The translations under genes were made by a program, and so were the position numbers. This document shows positions 13,529 through 25,142 of a stretch of DNA of 64,000 bases, piece after piece. The DNA comes from an uncultured delta proteobacterium (GTDB lineage Bacteria > Desulfobacterota > Binatia > UBA9968). The stretch is taken from positions 1-64,000 of the forward strand of contig CAWDPO010000030.1 of assembly GCA_963804165.1 (NCBI GenBank). Direction: 5' to 3'. Positions within the stretch are counted from its first letter, which is position 1. Each line of letters opens with the position of its first letter. The notes below the pieces were generated by a model. That model ran no database searches and was not told where the DNA came from. It was given only the letters and a program-made list of their open reading frames with translations.

Positions 13529-16234
13529 CGCCGCCTGGCACGCGGCTTCGGGCCCTGGCCGCGCGCCTGCTCGCCGCGAGCACGATGGATTACCTGGTCG
13601 ATCCGGCGATCGCCGATATGCAAGCCGAGTACGAGGACGCGTCGCGCACGAGGGCTGACCTGGCGGAGACGCTGGATTTGCCTTCGCGGTCACCTCGCGT
13701 TCTTCACGATGATCGTCGCGCATGGCCGAGCGGCGACAACGATCAACGGCGGCCTGACGCCGTTGCGGGGCCTGTCACTGGACGTCCGGCTCGCCCTGCG
13801 GCTGCTCGTCAAGCACATCGGCCTGACGGTCGTGGGAACGGTGGCGATGGCCTTCGCGATCTGGAGCGGCATCGTCGCCTTCGAGTTCTACACCCAGATC
13901 ATGCACCCCAGGCTGCCTCTTGCAGGCGGCGCGCGGATTGTCGGGATCGTGATGGTCGACACCGCCAGTCGCGGTGAAAGAGCGCCGACCCTTCATGACT
14001 TCGTCGCGTGGCGCGACGCCCTGAAGTCCGTGCCGGACCTTGCGGCGTATCGTGACCGCAACTGGAACGTGATCGTCGGCGATGCCGCGCCGGAGGCGGT
14101 CGCGGTTGCGGAGATCACCGCGGCCACGTTTCGTGTCGTGCGGGAGCGTCCCGTACTTGGGCGGCCGCTGGTCGAGGCCGATGAGAAGCCCGGCGCGCCG
14201 TGGGTCGTCGTCATCGGACACGACGTCTGGCAATCGCGATTCGCGTCCGACCCACACGTCATCGGAAGGGAGCTGCGTCTCGGCAACGTGCCCCACACCA
14301 TCGTGGGCGTGATGCCGGAGGGCTTTCGTTTTCCCCTGGCGCATGGCTTCTGGGTGCCTCTCAGGTTGGATCCCGTGAACTACCCACGGAAGCAAAGCCC
14401 CGGTCTGCGGGTATTCGGCAGGCTGGCGCCTGGCGCCACGCTCGAAGCCGCGCAACCGGAACTGACGGTGCTCGGCGCGACGGCTGCCGCCGCGTTTCCC
14501 GACACCCACCAGCATCTCAAGCCGCGGATCGTGCCCTACATCGACTCGCTCTTCGGCGGGTTTTCGGCAGACAGCACCTCGGAAGTGTTCATGGGCAACC
14601 TGCTGAGCGTCTTGCTCGTGTTTCTCGTCTGCGGCAACGTCGCGCTGTTGATGTTCGCCCGGGCCGCGACGCGCGAGAACGAGATCCTCGTGCGAACCGC
14701 GCTTGGCGCCGGCCGCGGCCGGATCATCGGGCAATTGTTCGTGGAAGCGTTGGTGCTGGCGACGGTGGCCGCCCTCGTCGCGGTGACGTCCGCGCAAGTG
14801 GCCTGGCATTCGCTGTTCACCATGGTCACGGAGAACATGTTCGACAATCGCGTTCCGTTTTGGATGCATTCCAACATCTCTCCGAGAACGCTGCTGTACG
14901 CCGCACTGCTGACGCTGATCGCCGCCGCCATCGCAGGGCTTCTCCCGGGGCTCAAAGTGACCCGCGGCATCGGGACGCGCCTGAGGCAGTCGGGCCCGGG
15001 AGGCGGCGGCCTTCGCTTCGGCGGCATCTGGACGGTGTTGATCGTCATGCAGGTCGCGGTCATGGCCATCGTCCCGACTCCCGTGATCGCGATTTATGGA
15101 GACATGGTCGGGTGGGCACGTGCGGCGAACGCCGGGCTCGTTCCGGAACAGTATCTCGCCGTGACGATGGCGATGGACCGCGACAAAGTGCCCGGAGCGG
15201 CCGGCTCGACGTTCCCGGTCAGATTCACCGCCGCGACCCAGGAGCTCGAGCGACGACTCGAGGCCGAACCCGGCGTCACGGGCGTCACGGTCGCCAGCGT
15301 GCTGCCATTGATGGATCACCCGTGGCGTCAAATCGAAGTCGACGAGGGAAGCGCCGCGCCCGCCAACCGGAATGTCGGCTACCGTTGGGTGTCTTCGGCT
15401 TCGGTCGCTCTGGACTTCTTCGACGTGCTGGACACGCCGATCCTGTCCGGCCGTGCGTTTCACTCCGGCGATCTGCAGCCAGGCGCGCGGACCGTCATCG
15501 TGAACCAGTCGTTCGCGCAGGTGGTGTTCGGAAGCAGCAACCCGATCGGCCGGCGGCTTCGCTACAGCGACCTCACACAGCAGAATGCGGCGAACTCCGC
15601 AAACCAACCGTGGCATCAAGTCGTGGGCGTCGTGCGGGATCTCGGCATAGATCCGGAAGATCGCGACCCGAGGCGCGACTCGAGGAGGGCCCGCATCTAT
15701 CACCCGCTGGTTCCCGGCGGAAGTTATCCCGTCCGCATGGCCATCCATACCACGGGCGATCCCCTGCTCTTCGCCTCACGCCTGCGGTCCATCGCCAGAG
15801 ACGTCGAGCCCACGCTTCAGATCTCGGAGATCGCCCGCTTCGATCAAGTCGCTGCCGCAGGTGCCCGCTCGATGACGCTGCTCTTCTGGGCCTTCCTGGC
15901 CCTGGCCTTCGTCGTCGTGCTTCTGTCGCTGACCGGCATTTACGTCGGTGCTCTCCTTCACCGCCTCGCAACGGACGCGAGAGGTGGGCATTCGCGTCGC
16001 GCTGGGCGGACGGCCGCGGCACGTATCGCCGTGCTGTTTCGCCGGCCACTGATGCAAATCGGCCTGGGTATCCTGATCGGATTGATCGTCGCCGACCGCA
16101 TCTCGGAGGGAGACATGGTGCGCGTCATCGCCGTGTATGGGTGCGGCGTCGTCGCGATTTCCGCACTGGCGACCCTGGGGCCGGTGCGCCGCGCGCTCCG
16201 AATCCAGCCACTCGACGCGCTGCGCGCCGAGTGA
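13525..16234 (+). CDS. ADOP/MacB-FtsX-type ABC permease (frameshifts near 13660 and 15950)
   Basis: LDVRLALRLLVK, GNVALLMFARAATRENEI, RTREVGIRVALG, PVRRALRIQPLDALRAE. Confidence 0.9.
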
Positions 16235-16250
16235 TGACGCGGAGCATCGC

Positions 16251-16508
16251 CTATCGCAGATGCCGTTGGGCGAACGCAACACCTGACCCTGATTTCAGGT
16301 AGCGCTCAAAGGCAAACGCCCGGCCCTCGTCTGGGAACTCGATCACGAGATCCACGCACCACGGTCGGTACTTGGCTGTGTGAACGCAGCTACCGGCGTT
16401 GTGTTCGGCAGTCCGTCTGGCGACGTCTGACGTGATGCCCGTGTAGGACCGCTGCGGATTCTCGTTGTTCCTGAGCACGTAGACGAAGCGCTTGCCATAC
16501 CGCCGCAT
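16251..16508 (-). CDS. Small GIY-YIG nuclease family protein
   Basis: FVYVLR..YTGITSDVARR..EHNAG..HTAKYRPW..FERYLKSGSG. Confidence 0.9.
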   Translation of the reverse strand: MRRYGKRFVYVLRNNENPQRSYTGITSDVARRTAEHNAGSCVHTAKYRPWCVDLVIEFPDEGRAFAFERYLKSGSGVAFAQRHLR

Positions 16509-16646
16509 GAGGCAAGCAGCTGCCGAGGCGACCCAGGTTTTCGGCGACACCAAACTCGGCGCGAGATGGAACTAGTTGCCCGCATGGCTGCCATCGTGCT
16601 CTGGCGCGTGCCAGAGGGCTGTCATCGTAGCCGATGGCGAGCCGGT

Positions 16647-16760
16647 TGGCTTGCCATCCGTAGCTCAGTGCGAGCGGAGTGGCAGTCCACCTTCGCTCGC
16701 GCTGAATTCACCGCGAGCTACGGTGGACATCCTTCGCCGGCGAGTTCCCGGAGCGAAGGA
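16647..16760. repeat. Cluster of three REP-like hairpins abutting the tRNA 3' end
   Basis: TGCCATCCGTAGCTC..GAGCGGAGTGGCA; GTCCACCTTCGCTCGCG..CGCGAGCTACGGTGGAC; TCCTTCGC..GCGAAGGA. Confidence 0.6.
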
Positions 16761-16835
16761 TGGTACCGCTACGGGGATTCGAACCCCGGTCCCGTGGCTG
16801 AGAACCACGTGTCCTGACCCCTAGACGATAGCGGC
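16761..16835 (-). tRNA. tRNA-Glu (anticodon CTC)
   Basis: Reverse complement GCCGCTA..CGTGG-TTCTCAG-CCACG..GGTTCGAATCC..TAGCGGTACCA folds as a cloverleaf with encoded CCA. Confidence 0.95.
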
Positions 16836-16918
16836 ACTAGGCCCGACTGGAACCTCTGATTTTATAGGCCACGTTGCCGGCCCCGGTCAAGAACATCCCG
16901 CCTGATATCATCAGAAGG

Positions 16919-18310
16919 ATGCGCTATCTCCTCGGCCTCGTCCTGGTCGCCGCCCTCGCCGCCGGCGGCATGTTCATCTACGCCGGGCGGCTGCCCGGAC
17001 CCGCCATCGAGATCGCGAAGCCGGCGAAATACGTCGGCCAGACGACCACGGTCGAGGTGACGCTCAGGGCGCCCGGGGCCAAGTGGGTCGGCGATTTCCA
17101 GATCGCGTTCGAGCAGAACGGCAAGCAGACGCCGCTCGCGTCGTTCGCCAGCCCGGGCACCGCCGAGATCAAGCAGGAGGGGCCGACCGCGTGCGCATCA
17201 CGCGGACCTTCGACCGCGACGACGATTCCGGATCTCAAGAGCGGGCCGGCGCGCATCGTCGTCACCGCGCGAGCGCCCGGTGCTCTTCGGCATGCGCAAG
17301 ACGACGTCGACCGCCGCGCGCGACGTTCAGGTGCGGCTCGAGCGGCCGCAGATCGCCGTGCTCTCGACCAAGCACTACATCAATCTCGGCGGCTCCGAGA
17401 TGGTCGTCTATCGCGCGACGCCGGCCGACGTCGAGTCGGGCGTGCAGGTCGGCGACCTGAAGTATCCGGGCTATCCCGGCGAGCGGCGCGAAGATCGAAG
17501 GCGTCAACATCACCGATCCCGGCGGTCAAGGTCGCGTTCATCGCGCTGCGCTACGACCAGGACGTCAACACGCCGATGTTCGCCTACGCGCAGCGACGAG
17601 GCGGGCAACGCGGCGCGCGCCGACTTCGATCGGCTGACGTTCCCGAAGCCGTTCAAGAAGAGCCGCATCCAGCTCGAGGACACGTTCATCGAGCGCGTGG
17701 TCCCCGCGATCCTCGAGACGACCACCGAAGTGAATCCGCAGGGATCGACCATCGAGAAGTTCGTGGTCATCAACAGCGAGCTGCGCCGAAAGAACGCCGA
17801 GAAGATCGCGAGCTTACGCCGCGACAGTCGGCGCCGGAGATCCTCTGGGGCGGCGCCGTGTTCGTGCCCTTCGGCAACGCCGACCGTCGAAGCGGCGTTC
17901 GCCGACCAGCGCGACCTACGTCTACGGCGGCAAGGACGTCGACCGGCAGACGCACCTCGGCTTCGATCTCGCGCGCGTCGTCAACTCGCCGATCCAGGCG
18001 CGGCGAACCGCGGCAAGGTCGTCCACGCCGGGCCGCTCGGCATCTACGGCAACATGCGTGATCATCGACCACGGCATGGGCGTCCAGTCGCTCTACGCGC
18101 ACCTGTCGTCGATCGGCGTGAACGTCGGCGACATGGTGGAGAAGGCGCAGGAAATCGGCAAGAGCGGCATGACCGGGCATGGCGCGGCGGCGACCACCTG
18201 CACTTCACGCAGCTGGTGAACGGCCAGATGGTGAACCCCGTCGAATGGTGGGATGGCGCACTGGATCCAGGACCGGATCCTGCGGAAGCTGACGCGAGGC
18301 TCCGGGTTCG
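16919..18310 (+). CDS. M23 family metallopeptidase, heavily frameshifted
   Basis: N-terminal TM; QTHLGFDLA, ANRGKVV, LGIYGN, IDHGMGVQSLYAHLS, GDHLHF, VNPVEWWD. Confidence 0.85.
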
Positions 18311-18331
18311 TGATATTCATCGGACAGCGTT

Positions 18332-19118
18332 ATGCTCCGCATATAATACAAGCATTAGCGTCGTCGTTGTCCTGCTCGCCGCACTGGCCGCGTGCGGCGG
18401 CGATCCCGAGCAAGTCGGCCGAGCCTCGTCACCGGCCGCGGCGCCGGACGCCAAGAAGGTCGATGCCGCGACGGCGGCGACGATCAACGGCAAGGTCGTC
18501 CTTCGAGGGCACGCCGCCGGCAGAACCCGGTCATCAAGATGGCGTCCGACCCGGCGTGCGGAAACGCCGAGGTGCGCGCGGAATCGTATCGTGGTCGACA
18601 ACGGCGCGCTGCAGAACGTCTTCGTCCACATCAAGGACGGCCTCGGCAACAAGTACATCTTCGACACGCCGACGGAGCCGGTGAAGCTCGATCAGAAGGG
18701 CTGCCGCTACGTGCCGCACGTCGTCGGCGTCCGCGTCGACGCAGCCGCTCGAAGTCAGCAACAGCGACCAGACGCTGCACAACGTGCACGGCATGCCGGA
18801 GACGAACCGCGAGTTCAACCAGGGCCAGCCGATCGTCGGCATGAAGAACACGGTGACGTTCACGGCGCCGGAAGTGATGATTCCGCTTCAAGTGCGACGT
18901 GCACGCCTGGATGAGCGCCTACGTCGGCGTCGTCGGCCATCCCGTACTTCGCGGTCACCGGCAGCGGCGGGCACGTTCGAGCTGAAGACGATTCCGCCCG
19001 GCACCTACACGATCGAGGCGTGGCACGAGAAGCTCGGGCGCCAGACGCAGACCGTCACGCTCGGCGAGAAGGACTCGAAAGAAATCACGTTCACGTTCAA
19101 GGTCCGTTCAGGACCTGA
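18332..19118 (+). CDS. Lipoprotein with cupredoxin-like/carboxypeptidase-regulatory-like domains, frameshifted
   Basis: LAAC lipobox; LDQKGCRYVPHV, NSDQTLHNVH, KCDVHAWM, IPPGTYTIEAWHEKLG. Confidence 0.75.
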
Positions 19119-20095
19119 TGGTCTGGCACCACCGCTACGCCAAGCTCGTCGCCGCCTGCACGGTGCTGCTGATCGCCGCGGGCGGCATGGTGACGAGCAC
19201 CGGCTCGGGACTCTCGGTCCCCGACTGGCCGACGACGTACGGGTGGAACATGTTCACGTTTCCGGTGAGCAAGTGGGTCGGCGGGCATCCGCTACGAGCA
19301 CAGCCACCGGCTGATCGCGAGCACGGTCGGGTTCCTCACGATCATCCTGGCGGTCTGGACGTGGCGGGTCGAGCCGCGGCGCTGGGTCCGCCGCCTGGCC
19401 TTCATGGCGCTCGGCGCGGTGATCGTCCAGGGAATGCTCGGCGGCCTCACCGTGCTCTTCTTCCTGCCGCCGCCGATCTCGATCGGCCACGCCGGCCTGG
19501 CGCAGATCTTCTTCTGCCTCACGGTGACGCTCGCGGTGGTGACGTCGCCCGGCTGGAAGTACACGCGTCGACCCGGTCGACGACCCGATGCTGCGGCGCG
19601 TCGCGCTGGCGACGACGGCCTGGTCTACACCCAGATCATCGTCGGCGCGACGATGCGGCACAACGATGCCGGCCTGGCGATCCCGGACTTCCCGCTGGCG
19701 TTCGGCCACGTCATTCCGCCGGTGTGGAACGCGGGAGTCGCGATTCACTTCGCGCACCGGATCGGCGCGATCGTCGTGACGCTGGCGATCCTGGCGACGG
19801 CGGGGCACGTCCTCTATCACCACAGCCGCCGCCGCGAGCTGGCCCGGCCCGCCTTCGTGCTGCTGTTCCTGGTGTCGATGCAGATCACGCTCGGCGCGTT
19901 CGTCATCTGGAGCGGCAAGGACCCGGTGATCAACACCGCGCACGTCGTGAACGGCGCGCTGGTCCTGGCGACGTCGCTGGTCCTGACGCTGCGAACGTTC
20001 CGGATCGGGGTTCGAGCGCCTGGTGCAGCCGATTCACGGCGGCGCGTCGCACGGGTTCCCGCGGCTTCGCCGGACTCGGGAGGTGCGAGCCGTGA
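19118..20095 (+). CDS. ctaA: COX15/CtaA heme A synthase, frameshifted
   Basis: GGMVTSTGSGLSVPDWP, YEHSHR, QGMLGGLTV, HAGLAQ, HFAHR, TAHV. Confidence 0.85.
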   Translation: MVWHHRYAKLVAACTVLLIAAGGMVTSTGSGLSVPDWPTTYGWNMFTFPVSKWVGGHPLRAQPPADREHGRVPHDHPGGLDVAGRAAALGPPPGLHGARRGDRPGNARRPHRALLPAAADLDRPRRPGADLLLPHGDARGGDVARLEVHASTRSTTRCCGASRWRRRPGLHPDHRRRDDAAQRCRPGDPGLPAGVRPRHSAGVERGSRDSLRAPDRRDRRDAGDPGDGGARPLSPQPPPRAGPARLRAAVPGVDADHARRVRHLERQGPGDQHRARRERRAGPGDVAGPDAANVPDRGSSAWCSRFTAARRTGSRGFAGLGRCEP

Positions 20096-20988
20096 GGTCG
20101 GACGCGGCGGCGCTGCCGCGAGCGCACGCGCGGAGCGCGCGACTTCGTCGCGCTGGCGAAGCCGCGGCTGAACCTGCTCGTCGTCGCCTCGACGCTCGTC
20201 GGCTACGCGATGGCGCCGCGGCGAGCCGCTCGGGCTTCCTGCGCGTCGGCGGCCTGCTGCTCGGCACCGGGCTCGTCGCCGGCGGCGCGTCGGCCTTCAA
20301 CCAGGTGATCGAGCGCGACCTCGACGCGCTGATGAAGCGCACGCGCACGCGGCCGCTGCCGGATCAGCGGCTGCAGCCGATCGAAGGCGTGCTCTTCGGC
20401 ACCGCGATCACGCTCGCCGGCCTGCTGATGATCGTCGGCCTCGTCGAACCTGCTCGCGGCGGCGGTGGCGCTGGCGACGCTCCTCAGCTACGTCGTCGTC
20501 TACACGCCGCTGAAGCGGCGATCGTCGTTCGGCACGGTCATCGGCGCGATTCCCGGGCGCGCTGCCGCCGATCATCGGCTGGGCGGCGGTCGAGCGGCGC
20601 GCTGCCGACCGCAGGCGTGGACGCTCTTCGGCATCATGTTCCTGTGGCAGCTGCCGCACTTCCTCGCGATCGCGTGGATGTACCGCGAGGACTACGCGCG
20701 CGCGGGATTCCCGATGCTGCCGGTCCTCGAGCCGGACGGGCGCAGCACCGGCCGCCAGGCGGTGGTCTACGCCGCGGCGCTGGTGCCGCTCAGCCTGGCG
20801 CCGACGCTGATGGGGATGACCGGCGAGATCTATTTCGGCGGCGCGCTCGTGCTCGGGCTCGCGTTTCTCTGGCTGACGCTGCAGTTCGCGCGCACGCGCG
20901 TCGGTCGCGCGACGCGCGGCGCGTCTTCTTCGGATCGATCATCTACCTGCCGCTGCTCTGGATCCTGATGATCGCGAACAGGATCTGA
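20091..20988 (+). CDS. cyoE: Heme O synthase (protoheme IX farnesyltransferase), frameshifted
   Basis: LAKPRLN, NQVIERDLDALMKRTRTRPLP, YTPLKR, FLWQLPHFLAIAWMYREDY. Confidence 0.9.
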
Positions 20989-20989
20989 C

Positions 20990-21406
20990 GTGACCGTCAC
21001 GGATCTTCCGGCGCTCAACGCCACGCTCAACGCGACCTGCGCCGTCCTGCTGGTCGATCGGCTGGATCCTGATCAAGCGCGGCCGCATCGCGCAGCATCG
21101 CGCCGTGATGATCGCGGCCGTTCTGCACGTCGGTCGCTGTTCCTGATCTCCTACCTCGATCTATCACGCGCAGGTCGGCTCGGTGCGCTTCACGAAGCAG
21201 GGGCCGATCCGCATCGTCTACTTCACCATCCTGCTCACGCACACCGTGCTGGCGGCGGCGATCGTGCCGATGGTGCTGGTCACGCTGTCGCGCGGGCTGC
21301 AAGCGGCAGGACGACCGGCACCGCGCGCATCGCGCGATGGACGCTGCCGATCTGGCTCTACGTTTCGGTCACCGGCGTCATCGTCTACGTGATGCTCTAT
21401 CGCTGA
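20990..21406 (+). CDS. DUF420 family membrane protein
   Basis: LPALNATLN, FLISYL, YFTILLTH, ARWTLPIWLYVSVTGVIVY; context of cytochrome oxidase assembly genes. Confidence 0.85.
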   Translation: MTVTDLPALNATLNATCAVLLVDRLDPDQARPHRAASRRDDRGRSARRSLFLISYLDLSRAGRLGALHEAGADPHRLLHHPAHAHRAGGGDRADGAGHAVARAASGRTTGTARIARWTLPIWLYVSVTGVIVYVMLYR

Positions 21407-21424
21407 GCTCGTAACAATTGAGCC

Positions 21425-22620
21425 GTGCTCGCGCAGGACTCCCCGCCGGTGGCGCCTCGACCGACCGCATCAACCCGCGGCTGCTCGTCGGCGTCAGACG
21501 GCCGTCATCGCGATGCTGCTGCTCCTCTCTATTTCTACCGGCGGCGGCTCTACATCCTCTGGTGGATGGGGGCGTGGGTCTGCTGCTCGGCCGGCGTCGA
21601 TGCTGATCGCGTCGCGCTCGTTCACAGCAGCGACAACTCGACGCGATGGTGTTCGGCGTCGCGCAGTTCCTCCGGCTGATCGCGGGCGCTGCTGTTCGTC
21701 GTCGCGGCCGACGCGTATCGGCAGACGCCGCGGCTTCCGGCGCGGCTACGGCCTGCTGCTGCTGCCCGTCGCGATCTGGTTCACGCTGGCCCCGGCGGCG
21801 CTCGGCACGATCGCCGTCTTCGCGCCGGGCTACGTGCTGGTCGCGGGCAGCGATGGCGACGGCCGGCGGTCGCCCACCTGCTGCTGGCTGCGGCAGCGTC
21901 GCCTGCTCGGCGCGTCGATCGTCGGCGCGATGCTGCTCGTGCATCGCGGCGCTGAACGTCTGGATCGCGACGCTCGTCCGCGGCATGCCGACGCGGCGAC
22001 GCCGGCGCTGCTCGGGATGATCCGTCGTCATCTTCCTGCTGGCGGCGCTCGGGCATGCAGCTGATGACGTTCGAGGACATGACCTACGAGCTGCAGCGCA
22101 CCAACCGGCGGCTGGAGACGGCGCAGCACGACCTGCGCCAGATCGTGATCACCGATGCGCTGACCGGCACGCGCAACCGCCGCTTCTTCGACGAAGTGAT
22201 CGGCCGCGAGCTGCAGCGGCACCGCCGCTACAAGACGCCGCTCTCGATCGTGTTCATCGACGTCGACCGGTTCAAGACGATCAACGACACGCTCGGGCAC
22301 GAGACCGGCGACCGCGTCCTGCGCGACGTCGCGGCGTTCCTGCTGCAAGAACATCCGCGAGGCGGACTACGTGTTCCGCTGGGGCGGCGACGAGTTCCTG
22401 GTGCTGATCTCGTGCGGCGAGCAGGAGGCGATGCGCCGCGCGGCGCGACGCTGCAGCAGGCGTTCGCCAGGTCGCCGCAGCTCGCCGACCTGCCGCCCGG
22501 CGTCGGCGCTCAGCATCGGCTGCGTCGAAGTCCCGGTCGGACGCCGACGGACATCATGCCGCTCGTCCAGACGGCGGACGAGCGGATGTATGTCGACAAG
22601 AAGAGGCGACGACGCCGAGG
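21425..22620 (+). CDS. Membrane-bound diguanylate cyclase (GGDEF), frameshifted
   Basis: Multiple TM segments; TDALTG..NRRFF, IDVDRFKTINDTLGHETGDRVL, READ..RWGGDEF, ADERMY. Confidence 0.85.
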
Positions 22621-22687
22621 CTCGAGGTCCGAGGTCACGAAGCGCGAGGTTCGAGGTTCGAACGGTCCGTGGCCGAGCCTCGACCTC
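22616..22687. repeat. Heptamer tandem repeat (CGAGGTY) between convergent genes
   Basis: CGAGGCT CGAGGTC CGAGGTC..CGAGGTT CGAGGTT followed by a short inverted part. Confidence 0.5.
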
Positions 22688-25100
22688 ACTGATACAGCAG
22701 GTACTTCGCCCGCAGCAGCCGCCAGCGCGCCTCGGCGCCGCCCCAGGACGCGGCGATCGCCGCGGGATCGTCGCCGGCCTTGATGCGCGCGAGCGCGTCA
22801 CGCGAGCCGAACAGGCGGCCGGCGGCATCGAGCTGGTACTGCGCGGGATACAGCGCGCTGAGCGCGGACGCGATCTCGAGGCCGACGCGCACCGGGCGCA
22901 GCGCGACGCGGTCGGTGACGATGATGAAGACGCCCTGGCACTCCTGGTTCGGCGTACTTGCTCGACGCCGGCGTGAACCGGACGGGATAGAAGCGGACGC
23001 CCGGGACGGCCGCGCGCGTTCAGCGCGTCGGCGAGCTGCACGCCGTCGATCCACGGCGCGCCGACGTGCTCGAACGGCGTGTCGGTGCCGCGGCCGACCG
23101 ACAGGTTCGTGCCCTCGATCGCGCCGATGCCCGGATAGAGCGCCGCCTCGTTCAGGTTGCGCATGTTGGGCGACGGGATTGATCCAGGGCAGCGCCGGTG
23201 TCGTCGAACCAGTCGTCGCGCCGCCAGTTCTTCATCGCGACGACGGTCAGGTCCGCGCCGATCTTGTTCTCGGCGTTGAACAGCTTCGCCAGCTCGCCGA
23301 TGCGTCATGCCGTGGCGGATCGGCATCGCCGGGAAGTAGCCGACGAAGCTGGCCGCGTCCTTGTCGAGCGCGGGCCCCTCGATCTGCCAGCCGTTCACCG
23401 GGTTCGGCCGATCGAGCACGAACACCGGCAGCTTCCGCTTCGCCGCCTCCTCCATCACGAACGCCATCGTCGTCATGTAGGTGTAGAAGCGCGCGCCGAT
23501 GTCCTGCAGGTCGATCGACGATCGCGTCGAGCCCGTCGAGCATCGCGGCGGTCGGACGCCGCGTCTCGCCGTAGAGCGAGTGGATCGGCAGCTTCGTCTT
23601 CTCGTCCACTTCCGACGGGACCGTGCGCGTCGAGGATGCCGCGGATGCCGTGCTCGGGGCTGAAGAGCGCGACCAGCTTGACGTCCTTCGCGCCGAACAG
23701 CAGATCGATCGCCGTGGCGCCGTCGCGGGCGCGGCCGGTGTGGTTGGTGACCAGCCCGACGCGCTTGCCCTTGAGCGGCGCGAAGCCCTGCGCGCGCAGC
23801 ACGTCGAGGCCGGTCTGGACCGGCGCGTCCGCGGCCGCGGCCGGCGCGGCGCGCCGCGGCGCCGAAATCGCGTCCGGTCATCAGGCGCGCGCGCGCCGCC
23901 TCGGCGGCGGCGTCGGTGATCGCCGACGCCGCGATCGTCGCGACGCGCGCGCGGAGCGGCGTGACGTCGCCCCGGCCGTCCGGATGCACCCGGTTCGACA
24001 TGAACACGACGAACGCCCGCGTCAGCCGGATCGATCCAGATCGACGTGCCGGTGAAGCCGGTGTGCCCGAACGATCCGATCGGCAGCAGCTCGCCGCGGT
24101 TGGACGAGAACGACGAGTCGATGTCCCAGCCGAGGCCGCGCACGTTCGGATCGCCGGGCGCGCTCGCCGGCGATCGTCATCTTGGCGACCGTCAGCGGCG
24201 AGAGGATGCGCGCGCCGTTGTAGCGGCCGCCGTTCAGCAGCATGCGCGCAGAAGATCGACGAGATCGGCCGCGGTGCTGAACAGCCCCGCGTGTCCGGCG
24301 ACGCCCGCCATCCGGCGCGCGGTCGGATCGTGGACGACGCCGCGCAGCATCTGCATGTCGGGCCCCTCGCACGGCCAGCCGTACGGCGTGCACTTCTCGG
24401 TCGGCGCGATCCGCGGCCGCAGCGACTGCGGCCGGCAGGAACCCCGTGTCCTTCATGCCGAGCGGATCGAAGATGTGCTTCTTCGCGAACTGATCGAGCG
24501 GCAGGCCGCTGACGCGCTTCACGATGTCGCCGAGCAGGAAGTAGTTGATGTCGCTGTAGACGAAGCGCTCGCCCGGCGGCGCCGTCGGGATCTCCTCCAT
24601 CGCCAGCTCGATCGCCTTGTCGTAGCCGGTCCACATGTCGCCGAGATCGACGTCCGGACGGAGGCCGGACGTGTGCGCCATCAGGTGCCGGACGGTGATG
24701 TTCGCCCTTGTTGTAGCGCTCGAATCCCGGGATGTAGTCGAGACGCGGTCGGTCAGGCGAACGCGTGCCGTCCTCGATCAGCTTCATCACGCTGGTCGTC
24801 GTCGCCACGACCTTGGTCAGCGACGCGACGTCGAAGATCGTGTCGAGCGTCATCGCCTCGGGCGCCGGCTCGACGGCGCGCCGGCCGATCGCCTTCTGAT
24901 AGACGACGCGATCGCCGCGGCCGACGAGCACGACGGCGCCCGGGAGCTTCTTCTCGGCGATCGCCTGTTCGACGAGCGGCGGGATCGCGTCGAGCCGCGC
25001 GAGTCGAGATCCGACGCCGTGCCTGGCGCGGCGCGAGCGCTCTTTGCGTGAGCGACGCAGTGACGAGCGCAGCCAGAACGTCGACGAGGCTCGGCGGCAT
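22686..25100 (-). CDS. Serine hydrolase fused to exo-beta-N-acetylmuramidase NamZ (DUF1343), frameshifted
   Basis: FDVASLTKV, YSDINY, FGHTGFTG; then GLVTNHTG, FSPEHG, DLQDIGARFYTY, DRPNP, GRGTDTPFE. Confidence 0.88.
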
Positions 25101-25142
25101 GCGGCAGGTGGAGTCTCACGCCGTGGATTATACTTTTTGCCG

